Of a DNA stretch of 64,000 bases, positions 9,184 to 17,060 are shown piece by piece. The position numbers were made by a program, and so were the translations under genes. The stretch lies in the NCBI GenBank assembly GCA_022819945.1, contig JAJEGI010000172.1, forward strand, positions 9,427-73,426, in the 5' to 3' direction. The DNA comes from Candidatus Poribacteria bacterium (GTDB lineage Bacteria > Poribacteria > WGA-4E > WGA-3G). Within the stretch, counting starts at the first letter, position 1; each line of letters begins with the position of its first letter. Under the pieces are notes generated by a model, which searched no databases, was not told where the DNA came from, and worked only from the letters and a program-made list of their open reading frames with translations.

Positions 9184-9786
9184 CTACCTTAGGATAACTT
9201 TTCGTCCTTCCACTTTCAATTTGCCCTGTGCATACCACTTAATCACCTTAGGGTAAAGTTTGTGTTCTTCAACTTGAATTCGGTTGTGTAAGCTCTCCTC
9301 GTCATCGGTATCCAAAACGGGGACAGTCGACTGAGCGATGATGGGACCGGTATCAACATTTTCGTCGACAAAATGAACGGTTACACCAGTGATTTTCACG
9401 CCATAAGCCAATGTATCAGCGACAGGATGCGCGCCTGGAAATGCTGGCAAAAGTGTTGGGTGGACATTAATAATGCGATTCTGGTATTTTTGAACGAAAG
9501 GGGGTTGAAACAGTTTCATAAACCCTGCGAGAACAACGAGTTCCGCAGCATAATGTTCAATAATGTTTGAAATTTCCGTATCAAAATCGACACGATTCTC
9601 AAAATCTTGGGTTTTAACAACGTGTGTCGGTATGCCGGCGCGTTTTGCGCGTTTAAGGGCATAAGCCTTCCGTCGGTCACTGATCACAACTGCGATCTCA
9701 ATACCACTTGTTTCGTCTTGATGTAGCTGCTCAATTAGGGTTTGGAGATTGGTTCCACTCCCTGAAACGAGGACTGCGATTTTCAA
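9184..9786 (-). CDS. purN: phosphoribosylglycinamide formyltransferase PurN
   Basis: KIAVLVSGSGTNLQ, NVHPTLLPAFPG and VDTGPIIAQ motifs. A TTG start at 9786 with AAGGA 6 nt upstream gives the normal 200-aa length. The ORF-track start at 10005 would overlap the upstream gene by about 200 nt. Confidence 0.85.
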   Translation of the reverse strand: MKIAVLVSGSGTNLQTLIEQLHQDETSGIEIAVVISDRRKAYALKRAKRAGIPTHVVKTQDFENRVDFDTEISNIIEHYAAELVVLAGFMKLFQPPFVQKYQNRIINVHPTLLPAFPGAHPVADTLAYGVKITGVTVHFVDENVDTGPIIAQSTVPVLDTDDEESLHNRIQVEEHKLYPKVIKWYAQGKLKVEGRKVILR

Positions 9787-9796
9787 TCTTGATCCT

Positions 9797-11605
9797 TTAC
9801 CAGTACGAATTGTTTGTCGTCCGCCCTTCTGGAATAGGTACCCAAACGCCACCTGTTTTAGTAGCGACTTGCTGTTGGAAATCGTCGTAGGTACCCACGA
9901 CACTGACGAGGACCTGCTTTTGCTGTAACATTTGGATAATCGCGAGAGACGAGTACGCGCCTTCTGCGGGTTCATCGGTGACCAGAATGAAATAGGGGTG
10001 TGCATTTGATCGGAGTTTCAGCCGTCGGAGCCCTTCCGCGACAGCGTCTAATAACATCTCATCTTCTTGACACGGCAATTCAACGATCTTCCGAACCTGT
10101 TCAAGCGTTTGGGGCGGATTGTAGACGTTGATCATGTTCACAGATGCCCGCGATCGGAAACGGACGACCCCTATCTGATAATCTACTAAAGCGTTATCCA
10201 AGTCCCGAACGAGTATCTCAAGTTGCTTCAAAAAATTTGGAAGTTTGTCATCCATACTCTCACTACTATCAACGAATAAGATAATATCAAGCGGTGTGTA
10301 AGCACTGCGTTTGAGTACATCGCTACCGATTTTTGTAGAAACATCTGCCCATTGTGCGTTCCGTAGCGACACGGCTTTGTTCCTCGGACTCATTGTTCTG
10401 TTGGGTCTCTGTGCCGCCTGAGGTCGTGGTTTTTCGGGAATGAGATGCCATTTACCGCCTGTCTTAGTGGCGAGCAGCTGATGTTCATCAAGCGGAAGAC
10501 CGAGGACATTCACAAAGATACCGAATTCTCGACAGTGAGCGATGGCATCTGCGACACTTAATCCCATCCGACTTGTGAAAGGTTCATCCGTAACAAGAAC
10601 AAAATGTTTTTTGGATGTCGCGCGGAATCGGAGTTCTTTGACAGTTTGAACGACAGCATCCAAGGCATTTTCATCCTGATGCGTCCTGATTGCTTGTAGG
10701 GTGCGTTTATATTCAGTGAAACTCCTTGTTAACTGGACGACTTTGATTTTGTTTCCATCTTTACCTGCCCAGAATTCTGTTACACCGAGCGCATAATCAA
10801 TTTTAGAAGCTTTGTAAACATCTACCATCTCTTTGAGGTGCGTAATGACAGCTTCGATATTATCCCCCATACTACCGCTGGCATCAATGACAAAGACCAC
10901 GTCAATTGGGCCGCCCTCGCTTGTTTCGACAATTTCTTCTGCGAGTTTTTGCATAATTCTTGGAAACGAGATCTGGGGCAGTTCTTTCCGTTTTTCCCGA
11001 ATCTCTTCCACCAGTGCTTCCGATATATCTTCCTCTTCTTCTTCCACTATTTTAAGGGTCGAGACTTTCGGTGTGCGTTGGATTCTTGGCGGTCCTGAGC
11101 GTTTCGCGCCAAAAGTCGTGTCTCCTGCAGGACTTGCGGCTTCCGTCTTCGACAAATTCCCTTCAACGTTACGAAGCGTACGGGCAGCGGTGCTAACATC
11201 GCCCCAATTTTTTTGCGACATGTCCAGAGCTGCTGAGGGTTTCTCTGTTTCAACCTCGGCTTGTAAGCTGCGCCCCAAGGCGAGCCGCTGCGTTTCAGTT
11301 GCCACCGCGACAGGGGATGCCAGAGATGGTGGCGATTCGCCGGTACTCACATCCGTCAGTTCACGTGAAGGTGTATGAAACCGCGGCGAAATCTTCTTCA
11401 GTAGTGGCTTGGGTCGAGCACTGTTTTCCACTGACATGAGTTCCGCTGCGAGACTCGCCTTCTCTGATGCTATCGGTTGATTCTGCACCACAACGTAAAA
11501 TGTTGTAATGAGAAAAAACAAGTGGAATATTAAAGAAATGGATAATGCTTTACGGGTTACTGACTTGGTTTGCCAATCTCTATATATCCGGTTTGCTGAT
11601 TTCAT
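9797..11605 (-). CDS. membrane-anchored protein with two von Willebrand factor A domains
   Basis: N-terminal TM helix, Pro/Ser-rich linker and two MIDAS-type DxSxS motifs (VVFVIDASGSMGDN, ILFVDSSESMDDK). Confidence 0.75.
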   Translation of the reverse strand: MKSANRIYRDWQTKSVTRKALSISLIFHLFFLITTFYVVVQNQPIASEKASLAAELMSVENSARPKPLLKKISPRFHTPSRELTDVSTGESPPSLASPVAVATETQRLALGRSLQAEVETEKPSAALDMSQKNWGDVSTAARTLRNVEGNLSKTEAASPAGDTTFGAKRSGPPRIQRTPKVSTLKIVEEEEEDISEALVEEIREKRKELPQISFPRIMQKLAEEIVETSEGGPIDVVFVIDASGSMGDNIEAVITHLKEMVDVYKASKIDYALGVTEFWAGKDGNKIKVVQLTRSFTEYKRTLQAIRTHQDENALDAVVQTVKELRFRATSKKHFVLVTDEPFTSRMGLSVADAIAHCREFGIFVNVLGLPLDEHQLLATKTGGKWHLIPEKPRPQAAQRPNRTMSPRNKAVSLRNAQWADVSTKIGSDVLKRSAYTPLDIILFVDSSESMDDKLPNFLKQLEILVRDLDNALVDYQIGVVRFRSRASVNMINVYNPPQTLEQVRKIVELPCQEDEMLLDAVAEGLRRLKLRSNAHPYFILVTDEPAEGAYSSLAIIQMLQQKQVLVSVVGTYDDFQQQVATKTGGVWVPIPEGRTTNNSYW

Positions 11606-11680
11606 TTTTCACATCCAATATGAAAGTATTACGGAAGAACTTTATCAAGCAGATAGAAACACGCGCTTTGAAGGGACAGT

Positions 11681-12259
11681 TTATTTCCCTTGAAGATAAG
11701 TTGTAAGTAGACGTTTCGGCGGTTCATACCGAATAACCTCAAAGGAGATTAACTTTTCAGCATCGAGTTCATGCGATTTCTCTACCACCTTATCACCGGA
11801 AGGTGGATAAAGCGTTACCCCGACCATCGTAAAGACCGTGAAGGTCAGTATGAAGATGTAAATTGGGCTCCGCGTCCGGATATTGTAACGAAGGTTACCC
11901 ATCACTGTTGAAAACGGACGCGCCCATCCGAAGGTTGATTCAATGAACTGTCGGATTCGAGACCAGCGTGATGCGTGCTGTCGTTGATTTTGCTCTGACA
12001 CGCGCGCCAATACACCACTTAAGAAATCCTCGGAGACTTCCACCTCTCCGGCATAGCGGAGGAAACTGTCGGTCTGTTGTAGTTGCTGTACATGATCAGC
12101 ACAAGCTTCACACTTTTTGAGGTGCCGTCGGATGAGATGGCGTTTCCATGCCGGTAACTCTTTATCAATATAGGCGGAGAGTTCATCTGGATTCGCGAGG
12201 AGTGCCTCACATTTCGAGTTGTATGCGTTTGGAGATTCGGTATGTTTATATTTTCTCAT
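11681..12259 (-). CDS. anti-sigma factor (zf-HC2 type), single-pass membrane protein
   Basis: HLKKCEACADHV matches H-x3-C-x2-C. One TM helix (IYIFILTFTVFTMVGVTLY). The start overlaps the sigma-factor stop by 14 nt. Confidence 0.7.
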   Translation of the reverse strand: MRKYKHTESPNAYNSKCEALLANPDELSAYIDKELPAWKRHLIRRHLKKCEACADHVQQLQQTDSFLRYAGEVEVSEDFLSGVLARVSEQNQRQHASRWSRIRQFIESTFGWARPFSTVMGNLRYNIRTRSPIYIFILTFTVFTMVGVTLYPPSGDKVVEKSHELDAEKLISFEVIRYEPPKRLLTTYLQGK

Positions 12260-12848
12260 TGCCGCTTTCCTCTCTTATTCCGGCTTTGATGAGCAGTTTT
12301 TTCATTTTTTGCCGAGCGCGGTGAATCAACGCTTTAACAGCACCCACCGAACATCCGAGAATATCCGCAACCTCCTCATACCGTAACTCTTGATATGTAA
12401 CCAGTGTCAATGCGATGCGTTGATTCTCTGGTAACTGTGCGAGTGCTTTACGGATCATCTGTCTCTGTTCCTTTTTTTCGAGGAGCATATCCGGTAGATA
12501 ACGGGTATCCCGCATGATCTCGGTGTGGTAAATATCCTCGCCTTCCTCAACAAGGTCCTCTAAGTAATAAGTATTCCGACGCGAACGGTTGCGAATTTCG
12601 TTTCGACACAAATTCGTAGCGATTGTATAGAGCCAGCTTTTGAACGACGCGGTCGGTTCATAACGACTTGCGCTCTTGAAGACTCGGAGGAACGTTTCTT
12701 GGGAGAGGTCTTCGGCGCGGTGATAGTCGTCAATAGAGCGGTGAATGTAGTTAATCAGCGGGTTTTGATACCGCCGCACTAACAACTCGAATGCGCTCAT
12801 GTCTCCTTTACGGCATTGCATCATCAAATCTTCGTCTGAAACAAACAT
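12246..12848 (-). CDS. ECF-type RNA polymerase sigma-70 family factor
   Basis: Region 2 (AEDLSQETFLRVF) and region 4 HTH (LRYEEVADILGCSVGAVKALIHRAR). Confidence 0.9.
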   Translation of the reverse strand: MFVSDEDLMMQCRKGDMSAFELLVRRYQNPLINYIHRSIDDYHRAEDLSQETFLRVFKSASRYEPTASFKSWLYTIATNLCRNEIRNRSRRNTYYLEDLVEEGEDIYHTEIMRDTRYLPDMLLEKKEQRQMIRKALAQLPENQRIALTLVTYQELRYEEVADILGCSVGAVKALIHRARQKMKKLLIKAGIREESGNEKI

Positions 12849-12888
12849 CTTTTTAAATTTCCTTGCGGTTCGGTGAGGGTAATAGTTG
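12849..12888 (-). repeat. dispersed leader element, copy C (3' half only, immediately 5' of the ECF sigma gene)
   Basis: Minus strand: AACTATTACCCTCACCGAACCGCAAGGAAATTTAAAAAG, followed by the ATG. Confidence 0.75.
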
Positions 12889-12891
12889 CAC

Positions 12892-13449
12892 TTACGGGTT
12901 CTGGTCAGAATCCAATTGCAGTTTCAATTTGATTTGTATTGCTGTTTTGTATGCGTTGACTGCTTCACGTCGCTTTCCCTGAAATGTATAGACTTTCCCA
13001 AGTTCAGAATGCAATTCCGGGTGATTCGGTATAAAACGGATGGCGCGTGTGTAAACGTCAATTGCCTCGTCGTAGCGTTTTAGTAAGCGATAGGTTGCAG
13101 CGAGATTGAGATGTGCTGTTGCTTCACTTGGTTCGCAAGCTACCGCCATTTTGTAGGCATCTATTGCTTTTTCATATTCACCGAGCATAAAGTGCGCCAA
13201 ACCGAGATGGAAGTGCGCCTCTGCCGATTCTCTGTTGTGTTGAATCACCTGTTGAAATGCTTCAATTGCTTTCGCGTAGTTTCGCGCGTTTAAGGCATCC
13301 GCGCCGTCCTTTAAGTGTTTCGCGGCGGTCTGATGTGTGTGAATATCAATCTGTCCGCGCTGTATAAGTTTCTTTTGTGCATCACTTGAGGACACTGCAG
13401 AATCGTCAGGCACTAAGGCGGTTTTTGCATCGGTTTTACTGTCTTTCAT
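12892..13449 (-). CDS. tetratricopeptide (TPR) repeat protein
   Basis: Three or four 34-aa repeats with the A-x3-F/Y-x2-A-I/L pattern (YAKAIEAFQQVI, YEKAIDAYKMAV, YDEAIDVYTRAI, RREAVNAYKTAI). Confidence 0.8.
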   Translation of the reverse strand: MKDSKTDAKTALVPDDSAVSSSDAQKKLIQRGQIDIHTHQTAAKHLKDGADALNARNYAKAIEAFQQVIQHNRESAEAHFHLGLAHFMLGEYEKAIDAYKMAVACEPSEATAHLNLAATYRLLKRYDEAIDVYTRAIRFIPNHPELHSELGKVYTFQGKRREAVNAYKTAIQIKLKLQLDSDQNP

Positions 13450-13466
13450 TTGTTTTTCCTATACCG

Positions 13467-14366
13467 TTAGCGTGTGATGCGGAATCCAATGACAAATTCC
13501 GCATACCCGTTGCTAAAGAAATCGTAACTGGTGCAGGTGCTATAGTCGTGGTTGTAATACCATGCGCCACCACATGCTACACGGAAGTTCCGTTCATCGT
13601 CATAAGTAGTGTCTGTCCACTCCCAGACATTGCCGATCATGTCGTAGCAGCCGAACGGACTCATGCCGTCCCTGAAGCTAACGACTGGCGTTGTTGTCCC
13701 CGCGCCGAGTTCTGCGGTGTTGCACCGTGGTTTGTCAATCTCATATCCCCACGGGAAAAGTCTATCATCGGTGCCGCGTGCTGCGTACTGCCATTCTGGA
13801 AACGTTGGCAATCTACCGCCGACATAACGGGCATACGCCTCCGCATCTTCACACGTCACCCAGACGACAGGGTGATCGCCTCTGTTTGCTGGATAAATAC
13901 CATCTGTCCAATCCTGAGGTGGCGTGTGTTCTGTATCCTGAACAAACCGTTGGTATTGTGCGTTGGTTACAGGGTAAACTCCAATCTCAAATCCATCCAT
14001 CTCAAGCGGGGCATTCTCTTCGCCGATATAGGCTGTCCCTGCGGGGATGTCAACGGTTACATCTAATACGTGTAGTGCAGCATTACGGACTTCTTTATTT
14101 TCGTATGCGAGCGCGTAACCGATTGGTGAGATGACTTCGCCAACCGGCGGCGTTGTGAGCTGCGGCGTCGTCTCCCAGCCGAGATCTGTGCTTAGTAATA
14201 ATCGAGCGGCATCGGATAACGATTCGTCGAAATGCCAAGTCCAATAGTCTCTGCAGAGTTTTCGGAGTGCGTCCGGTGTATTACTCTCTACCAGTGTGAG
14301 TCGAGACGCGCTTGACTTTGTGATATTTAGAGTGTTTTTTGTTGTAACGCTGTTTGTGCGCTCCAT
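13467..14366 (-). CDS. formylglycine-generating enzyme (FGE/SUMF1) domain protein
   Basis: RLPTFPEWQYAARG, GNVWEWT and GGAWYY motifs of the FGE-sulfatase fold. Confidence 0.85.
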   Translation of the reverse strand: MERTNSVTTKNTLNITKSSASRLTLVESNTPDALRKLCRDYWTWHFDESLSDAARLLLSTDLGWETTPQLTTPPVGEVISPIGYALAYENKEVRNAALHVLDVTVDIPAGTAYIGEENAPLEMDGFEIGVYPVTNAQYQRFVQDTEHTPPQDWTDGIYPANRGDHPVVWVTCEDAEAYARYVGGRLPTFPEWQYAARGTDDRLFPWGYEIDKPRCNTAELGAGTTTPVVSFRDGMSPFGCYDMIGNVWEWTDTTYDDERNFRVACGGAWYYNHDYSTCTSYDFFSNGYAEFVIGFRITR

Positions 14367-14416
14367 GTTTACTATGATAGCATAAAGCGGTAGTTTTGTG
14401 CAAAAGATTTTGGATT

Positions 14417-15115
14417 TTACAGATTATCCAACCCTACAATCGTAGGGATCTCAGTCAATGATTTTATTTCGTAGTCGGGTTGAATTTTCGTGTCGTTCGG
14501 AATGCCTTCACGGTTGAGCCAGATGGAAGGTGCGCCAACGTTTTTTGCGCCCGCGACATCGTTTTTAAGGGAATCCCCTACATGCAGCATTTGACTCAGT
14601 TCGCAACCTGCTCTCTCTGCTGTGATCTGAAAGATTTTTGGATCCGGTTTCTCAACTTGTACATCTTGTGAGAAAACGACAAAGGCGAACCGTCCTTCGA
14701 GTCCACAACGCTCGGGGTAGGTGTTTCCGTTTGAAAGCAGTCCCAACTTGAAATGTGGTGCTAAAGCATCAAAGGTCGGGATGACATCGGGGTAGAGTTC
14801 TATATCACCATAACGATGTTTACGGTATACTGTGTTCAGGTGTGCAGCGAGGTCTTTATCGGGATGCCCGACGTGTTCGAGCGTTCTTTCAAACGCACGT
14901 CGTCTGATTTCCAGTAGGCTCCAGATTTCGCCTTTCATTTCTTGAGCCAATTGGTCGCGAATTGCAACCATTTTTTCGACGGTAAGTTCTAAAGCGCGTT
15001 GGGTTGGAACCTGTCTTTGCAGTTCCGCCAATGTTTGCTCGAGCGAATGGCGCATCACCTTTAGAAAATCCCATAAAGTCATGTCGCCATCAAAAGAGAT
15101 CGTTGAGATTTGCAA
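14417..15115 (-). CDS. HAD-superfamily hydrolase
   Basis: Motif I FDGDMTLWD, motif II LLSNG, motif IV GDSLKNDV. TTG start with AAGGAGA upstream. Confidence 0.85.
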   Translation of the reverse strand: MQISTISFDGDMTLWDFLKVMRHSLEQTLAELQRQVPTQRALELTVEKMVAIRDQLAQEMKGEIWSLLEIRRRAFERTLEHVGHPDKDLAAHLNTVYRKHRYGDIELYPDVIPTFDALAPHFKLGLLSNGNTYPERCGLEGRFAFVVFSQDVQVEKPDPKIFQITAERAGCELSQMLHVGDSLKNDVAGAKNVGAPSIWLNREGIPNDTKIQPDYEIKSLTEIPTIVGLDNL

Positions 15116-15152
15116 GCGTGTCTCCTTTCTGAAGCAATGTTGATAACTGTGT

Positions 15153-15515
15153 TTACGGGATGCCTAATGAGGCTTTCAGGCAAGCATCTATCTGTTGCAT
15201 CGCCGAATCGGAGAAGCTGCCGATACGGTGAAGGATTAGTCTTTGATCTTGGGTAACCAGATTTTCACATTGAACAATTGAATCGAAGCGAAGGTTTGTT
15301 CGTCTTCCTTCAACCGTTGAAATGTCAATGAGGTATTGCGTAGATGCTCCAGTCCGTCGTTGAGGACTGCTGGTGATAAGAGCCAAAATCGTGTCGTCAA
15401 GCCTTTGATTCCATACGTCCGATTGCACAACAAGTGCTGGCCGGACTTTGCTTCCGGTGTGGTTGCTATAAGGAAAATCTATCAGCACTATGTCACCGCG
15501 TTGAACTCTCATCAT
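15153..15515 (-). CDS. type II toxin MazF/PemK family endoribonuclease
   Basis: MMRVQRGDIVLIDFPYSNHTGSKVRPALVVQSD is the classic PemK N-terminus. ATG at 15515 is preceded by GGGAGAG. The ORF-track start at 15680 overlaps the antitoxin. Confidence 0.85.
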   Translation of the reverse strand: MMRVQRGDIVLIDFPYSNHTGSKVRPALVVQSDVWNQRLDDTILALITSSPQRRTGASTQYLIDISTVEGRRTNLRFDSIVQCENLVTQDQRLILHRIGSFSDSAMQQIDACLKASLGIP

Positions 15516-15774
15516 CTCTCCCTGGAACCATGTCGTTGTAAACGTCCATCTCTGGATCATCCCAACCGGCTCGAAGTCCGGCTTGAATGAGGAGGTAGCG
15601 ACGTTCCTCCTCAGTGAGCGGACCGTCGTCGTAGTATACGCCTTTTCGCATCCGTTCAAACGTTTCTGCAGAGACCACAACGTATTCCGCGTCTGTTTCT
15701 GGGTCCACTAACCGTACAGGCTCCTCCTGAGCATCCTTGATCGCTTGTTGAATTTCTTTAGAAAGGGCAATCAT
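15493..15774 (-). CDS. putative antitoxin (93 aa, not MazE/AbrB or RHH by eye)
   Basis: It lies directly upstream of the MazF gene and overlaps it by 23 nt. GGAGGA precedes the ATG at 15774. The acidic C-terminus and the VRLVDPETDAEYVVVSAETFERM block recall small antitoxin-like proteins seen next to PIN/MazF genes. Confidence 0.5.
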   Translation of the reverse strand: MIALSKEIQQAIKDAQEEPVRLVDPETDAEYVVVSAETFERMRKGVYYDDGPLTEEERRYLLIQAGLRAGWDDPEMDVYNDMVPGRDDESSTR

Positions 15775-16169
15775 AGTTTGTCCTCCGTTGTTGATACACC
15801 GATTGAGGCATGAATCTGTGCGAACTTCCACGAGTCATCTATTTTCTCCAAGACGCCCGTCATCCGCATGACGAATTCCTCTGGCGTGCCTTGCCACTTG
15901 AGTTTCCAGATTTGTTGTGTGTAGAACCACGCGACATCGTTACGTTCCTGCACGTCAAGATTGATAAACTTAATGCTGAAATCCTCAGTGCTTGCGACGT
16001 GGTTTCGGTAATATGCCGCGATTTCTGTGCTGCCTTGAACAACTTCGCCTGCATCGGTGCCGATCTTGACGTAGTGTGTGGCGGGAAGCATCATTTCAAT
16101 GAGGGTTTCAGCATCTCTGGCAACGAGTGCGTCAAAATATGATGTCACTGTATCATGTGCATTCGGCAT
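15771..16169 (-). CDS. SnoaL-like / NTF2-fold protein
   Basis: 132 aa. An N-terminal YFDALVARDAETL start and C-terminal W-K-F/I-HxS pattern are typical of DUF4440/SnoaL-like cones. The stop overlaps the antitoxin ATG (ATGA). Confidence 0.65.
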   Translation of the reverse strand: MPNAHDTVTSYFDALVARDAETLIEMMLPATHYVKIGTDAGEVVQGSTEIAAYYRNHVASTEDFSIKFINLDVQERNDVAWFYTQQIWKLKWQGTPEEFVMRMTGVLEKIDDSWKFAQIHASIGVSTTEDKL

Positions 16170-16743
16170 CGTGAATTCCTGTGAGCGCGTCCCACAAGGC
16201 AGTGCTCATTTTCTCACATGCCTGCACGACAGTGGTGTGAGATTCCGATGGTAACGCGCCGATGCGTTCAAGCAGTGCCTCTGCTTCATGCTCATTGTGT
16301 GAATGCGTTTCAAAATATGGCTCAACGGTTTCAGGGAGTTGGTAGAATTCTTTCAAACCCGCGAGTTTCGATTGTGCTGTTGCGGGTTGCTGTGCCTCAA
16401 AGGCATAGAGCGCACCGAGCGCAGTCGCTGGTTCGGAGAAGAGTTCATCTGCTGTTTCAAGCAGCACCTTTACCTGCGGGATCTGTGCTTCAGAGATGGT
16501 CGTGTCGAGTCCATCAGCGAAATCAGCCCACATATCGATGTGTTCCGTCTCTTCCGCTGCGATTTCGGGATCGTTAATTGTTTCCCATCCGTTTGGTATC
16601 GTAGCGATAAAGGCACCGTATTCTTGGGCATACGCGCGTAGTGTTTCGACCGGCAATTCACCAGCACTCCACGCTTGGTAGAAGGGATGATTGAGTAAGT
16701 TGTAATCTGAGATTTTATCGTCTAAAGTCTGTTTGAAATTCAT
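16153..16743 (-). CDS. CADD/PqqC-like heme-oxygenase-like di-iron protein (candidate self-sacrificing pABA synthase family)
   Basis: HPFYQAWSAGELPVETLRAYAQEY, EETEHIDMW, LYAFEAQQP..SK and YFETHSHNEHEAE line up with my recollection of Chlamydia CADD (CT610), including the E-x2-H and E/H metal ligands and the conserved Tyr and Lys. Confidence 0.75.
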   Translation of the reverse strand: MNFKQTLDDKISDYNLLNHPFYQAWSAGELPVETLRAYAQEYGAFIATIPNGWETINDPEIAAEETEHIDMWADFADGLDTTISEAQIPQVKVLLETADELFSEPATALGALYAFEAQQPATAQSKLAGLKEFYQLPETVEPYFETHSHNEHEAEALLERIGALPSESHTTVVQACEKMSTALWDALTGIHDAECT

Positions 16744-16861
16744 TAAATTGGTTACCTCATTTCTTTTAGGTGAAATAGATTCTATCGCACGGCACTGTTG
16801 GTGAGCGTAAATTTTCGATTTGCAAACGCCTCCGAAAAATGCCGTCCGTGAACTGATTTTT

Positions 16862-16891
16862 AGTATAACATTTAGTATGCGTTGGTGTCAA
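16862..16891 (-). promoter_or_regulatory. sigma-70-type promoter for the CADD-like/SnoaL/TA operon
   Basis: On the minus strand: TTGACA, 18-nt spacer, TATACT. Leaves a 5' UTR of about 110 nt. Confidence 0.55.
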
Positions 16892-16905
16892 GGAAGGTTA
16901 TTATT

Positions 16906-16963
16906 TTTCAGATAGTTTCAGTTGTCAGTCAGTTAGCGATCAGCAACCCGCAATCAGCCAGTG
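16906..16963. repeat. STRR-like heptanucleotide repeat tract (CAGNNNN)n
   Basis: CAGTTGT CAGTCAGT TAGCGAT CAGCAAC CCGCAAT CAGCC, in a divergent intergenic region. Confidence 0.6.
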
Positions 16964-16990
16964 TTGCTTCCACCGAAAAAGAAAAATTAT

Positions 16991-17018
16991 TTGAATAAAA
17001 CGAAAAATCTGCTATAAT
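16991..17018 (+). promoter_or_regulatory. sigma-70-type promoter for the PhyH gene
   Basis: TTGAAT, 16-nt spacer, TATAAT, about 43 nt upstream of ATG 17061. Confidence 0.5.
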
Positions 17019-17060
17019 AGTATCAGATGATCGAATGCATTGTTTGTTGGAGGGCTTGTT

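Noticed and set aside
9787-10005. A long N-terminal extension of the PurN ORF that overlaps the vWA gene by about 200 nt.
   Set aside because: PurN homology begins at KIAVLVSGSG. A TTG with AAGGA at 9786 gives the canonical 200-aa length.
13377-14134. Plus-strand ORFs of 229 aa and 147 aa opposite the FGE/SUMF1 gene.
   Set aside because: They are antisense to a CDS with clear FGE motifs. Their composition is Cys/Arg-rich and not protein-like.
15516-15831. ORF-track extensions of the MazF ORF (to 15680) and the antitoxin ORF (to 15831).
   Set aside because: The internal ATGs at 15515 and 15774 have GGGAGAG and GGAGGA SDs and reproduce normal family lengths. The extensions would create large gene overlaps.
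16744-17060. I scanned the large intergenic regions by eye for tRNA, tmRNA, RNase P, SRP or riboswitch-like sequences. The regions were 3056-3261, 7609-7795, 16744-17060, 24847-25111, 33514-33689, 35481-35654, 49009-49170, 51896-52156, 55112-55349 and 60191-60396.
   Set aside because: I recognised no cloverleaf-compatible arms and no conserved RNA signature sequences. These regions are better explained by promoters, heptamer repeats and hairpins. A covariance-model scan is still needed.
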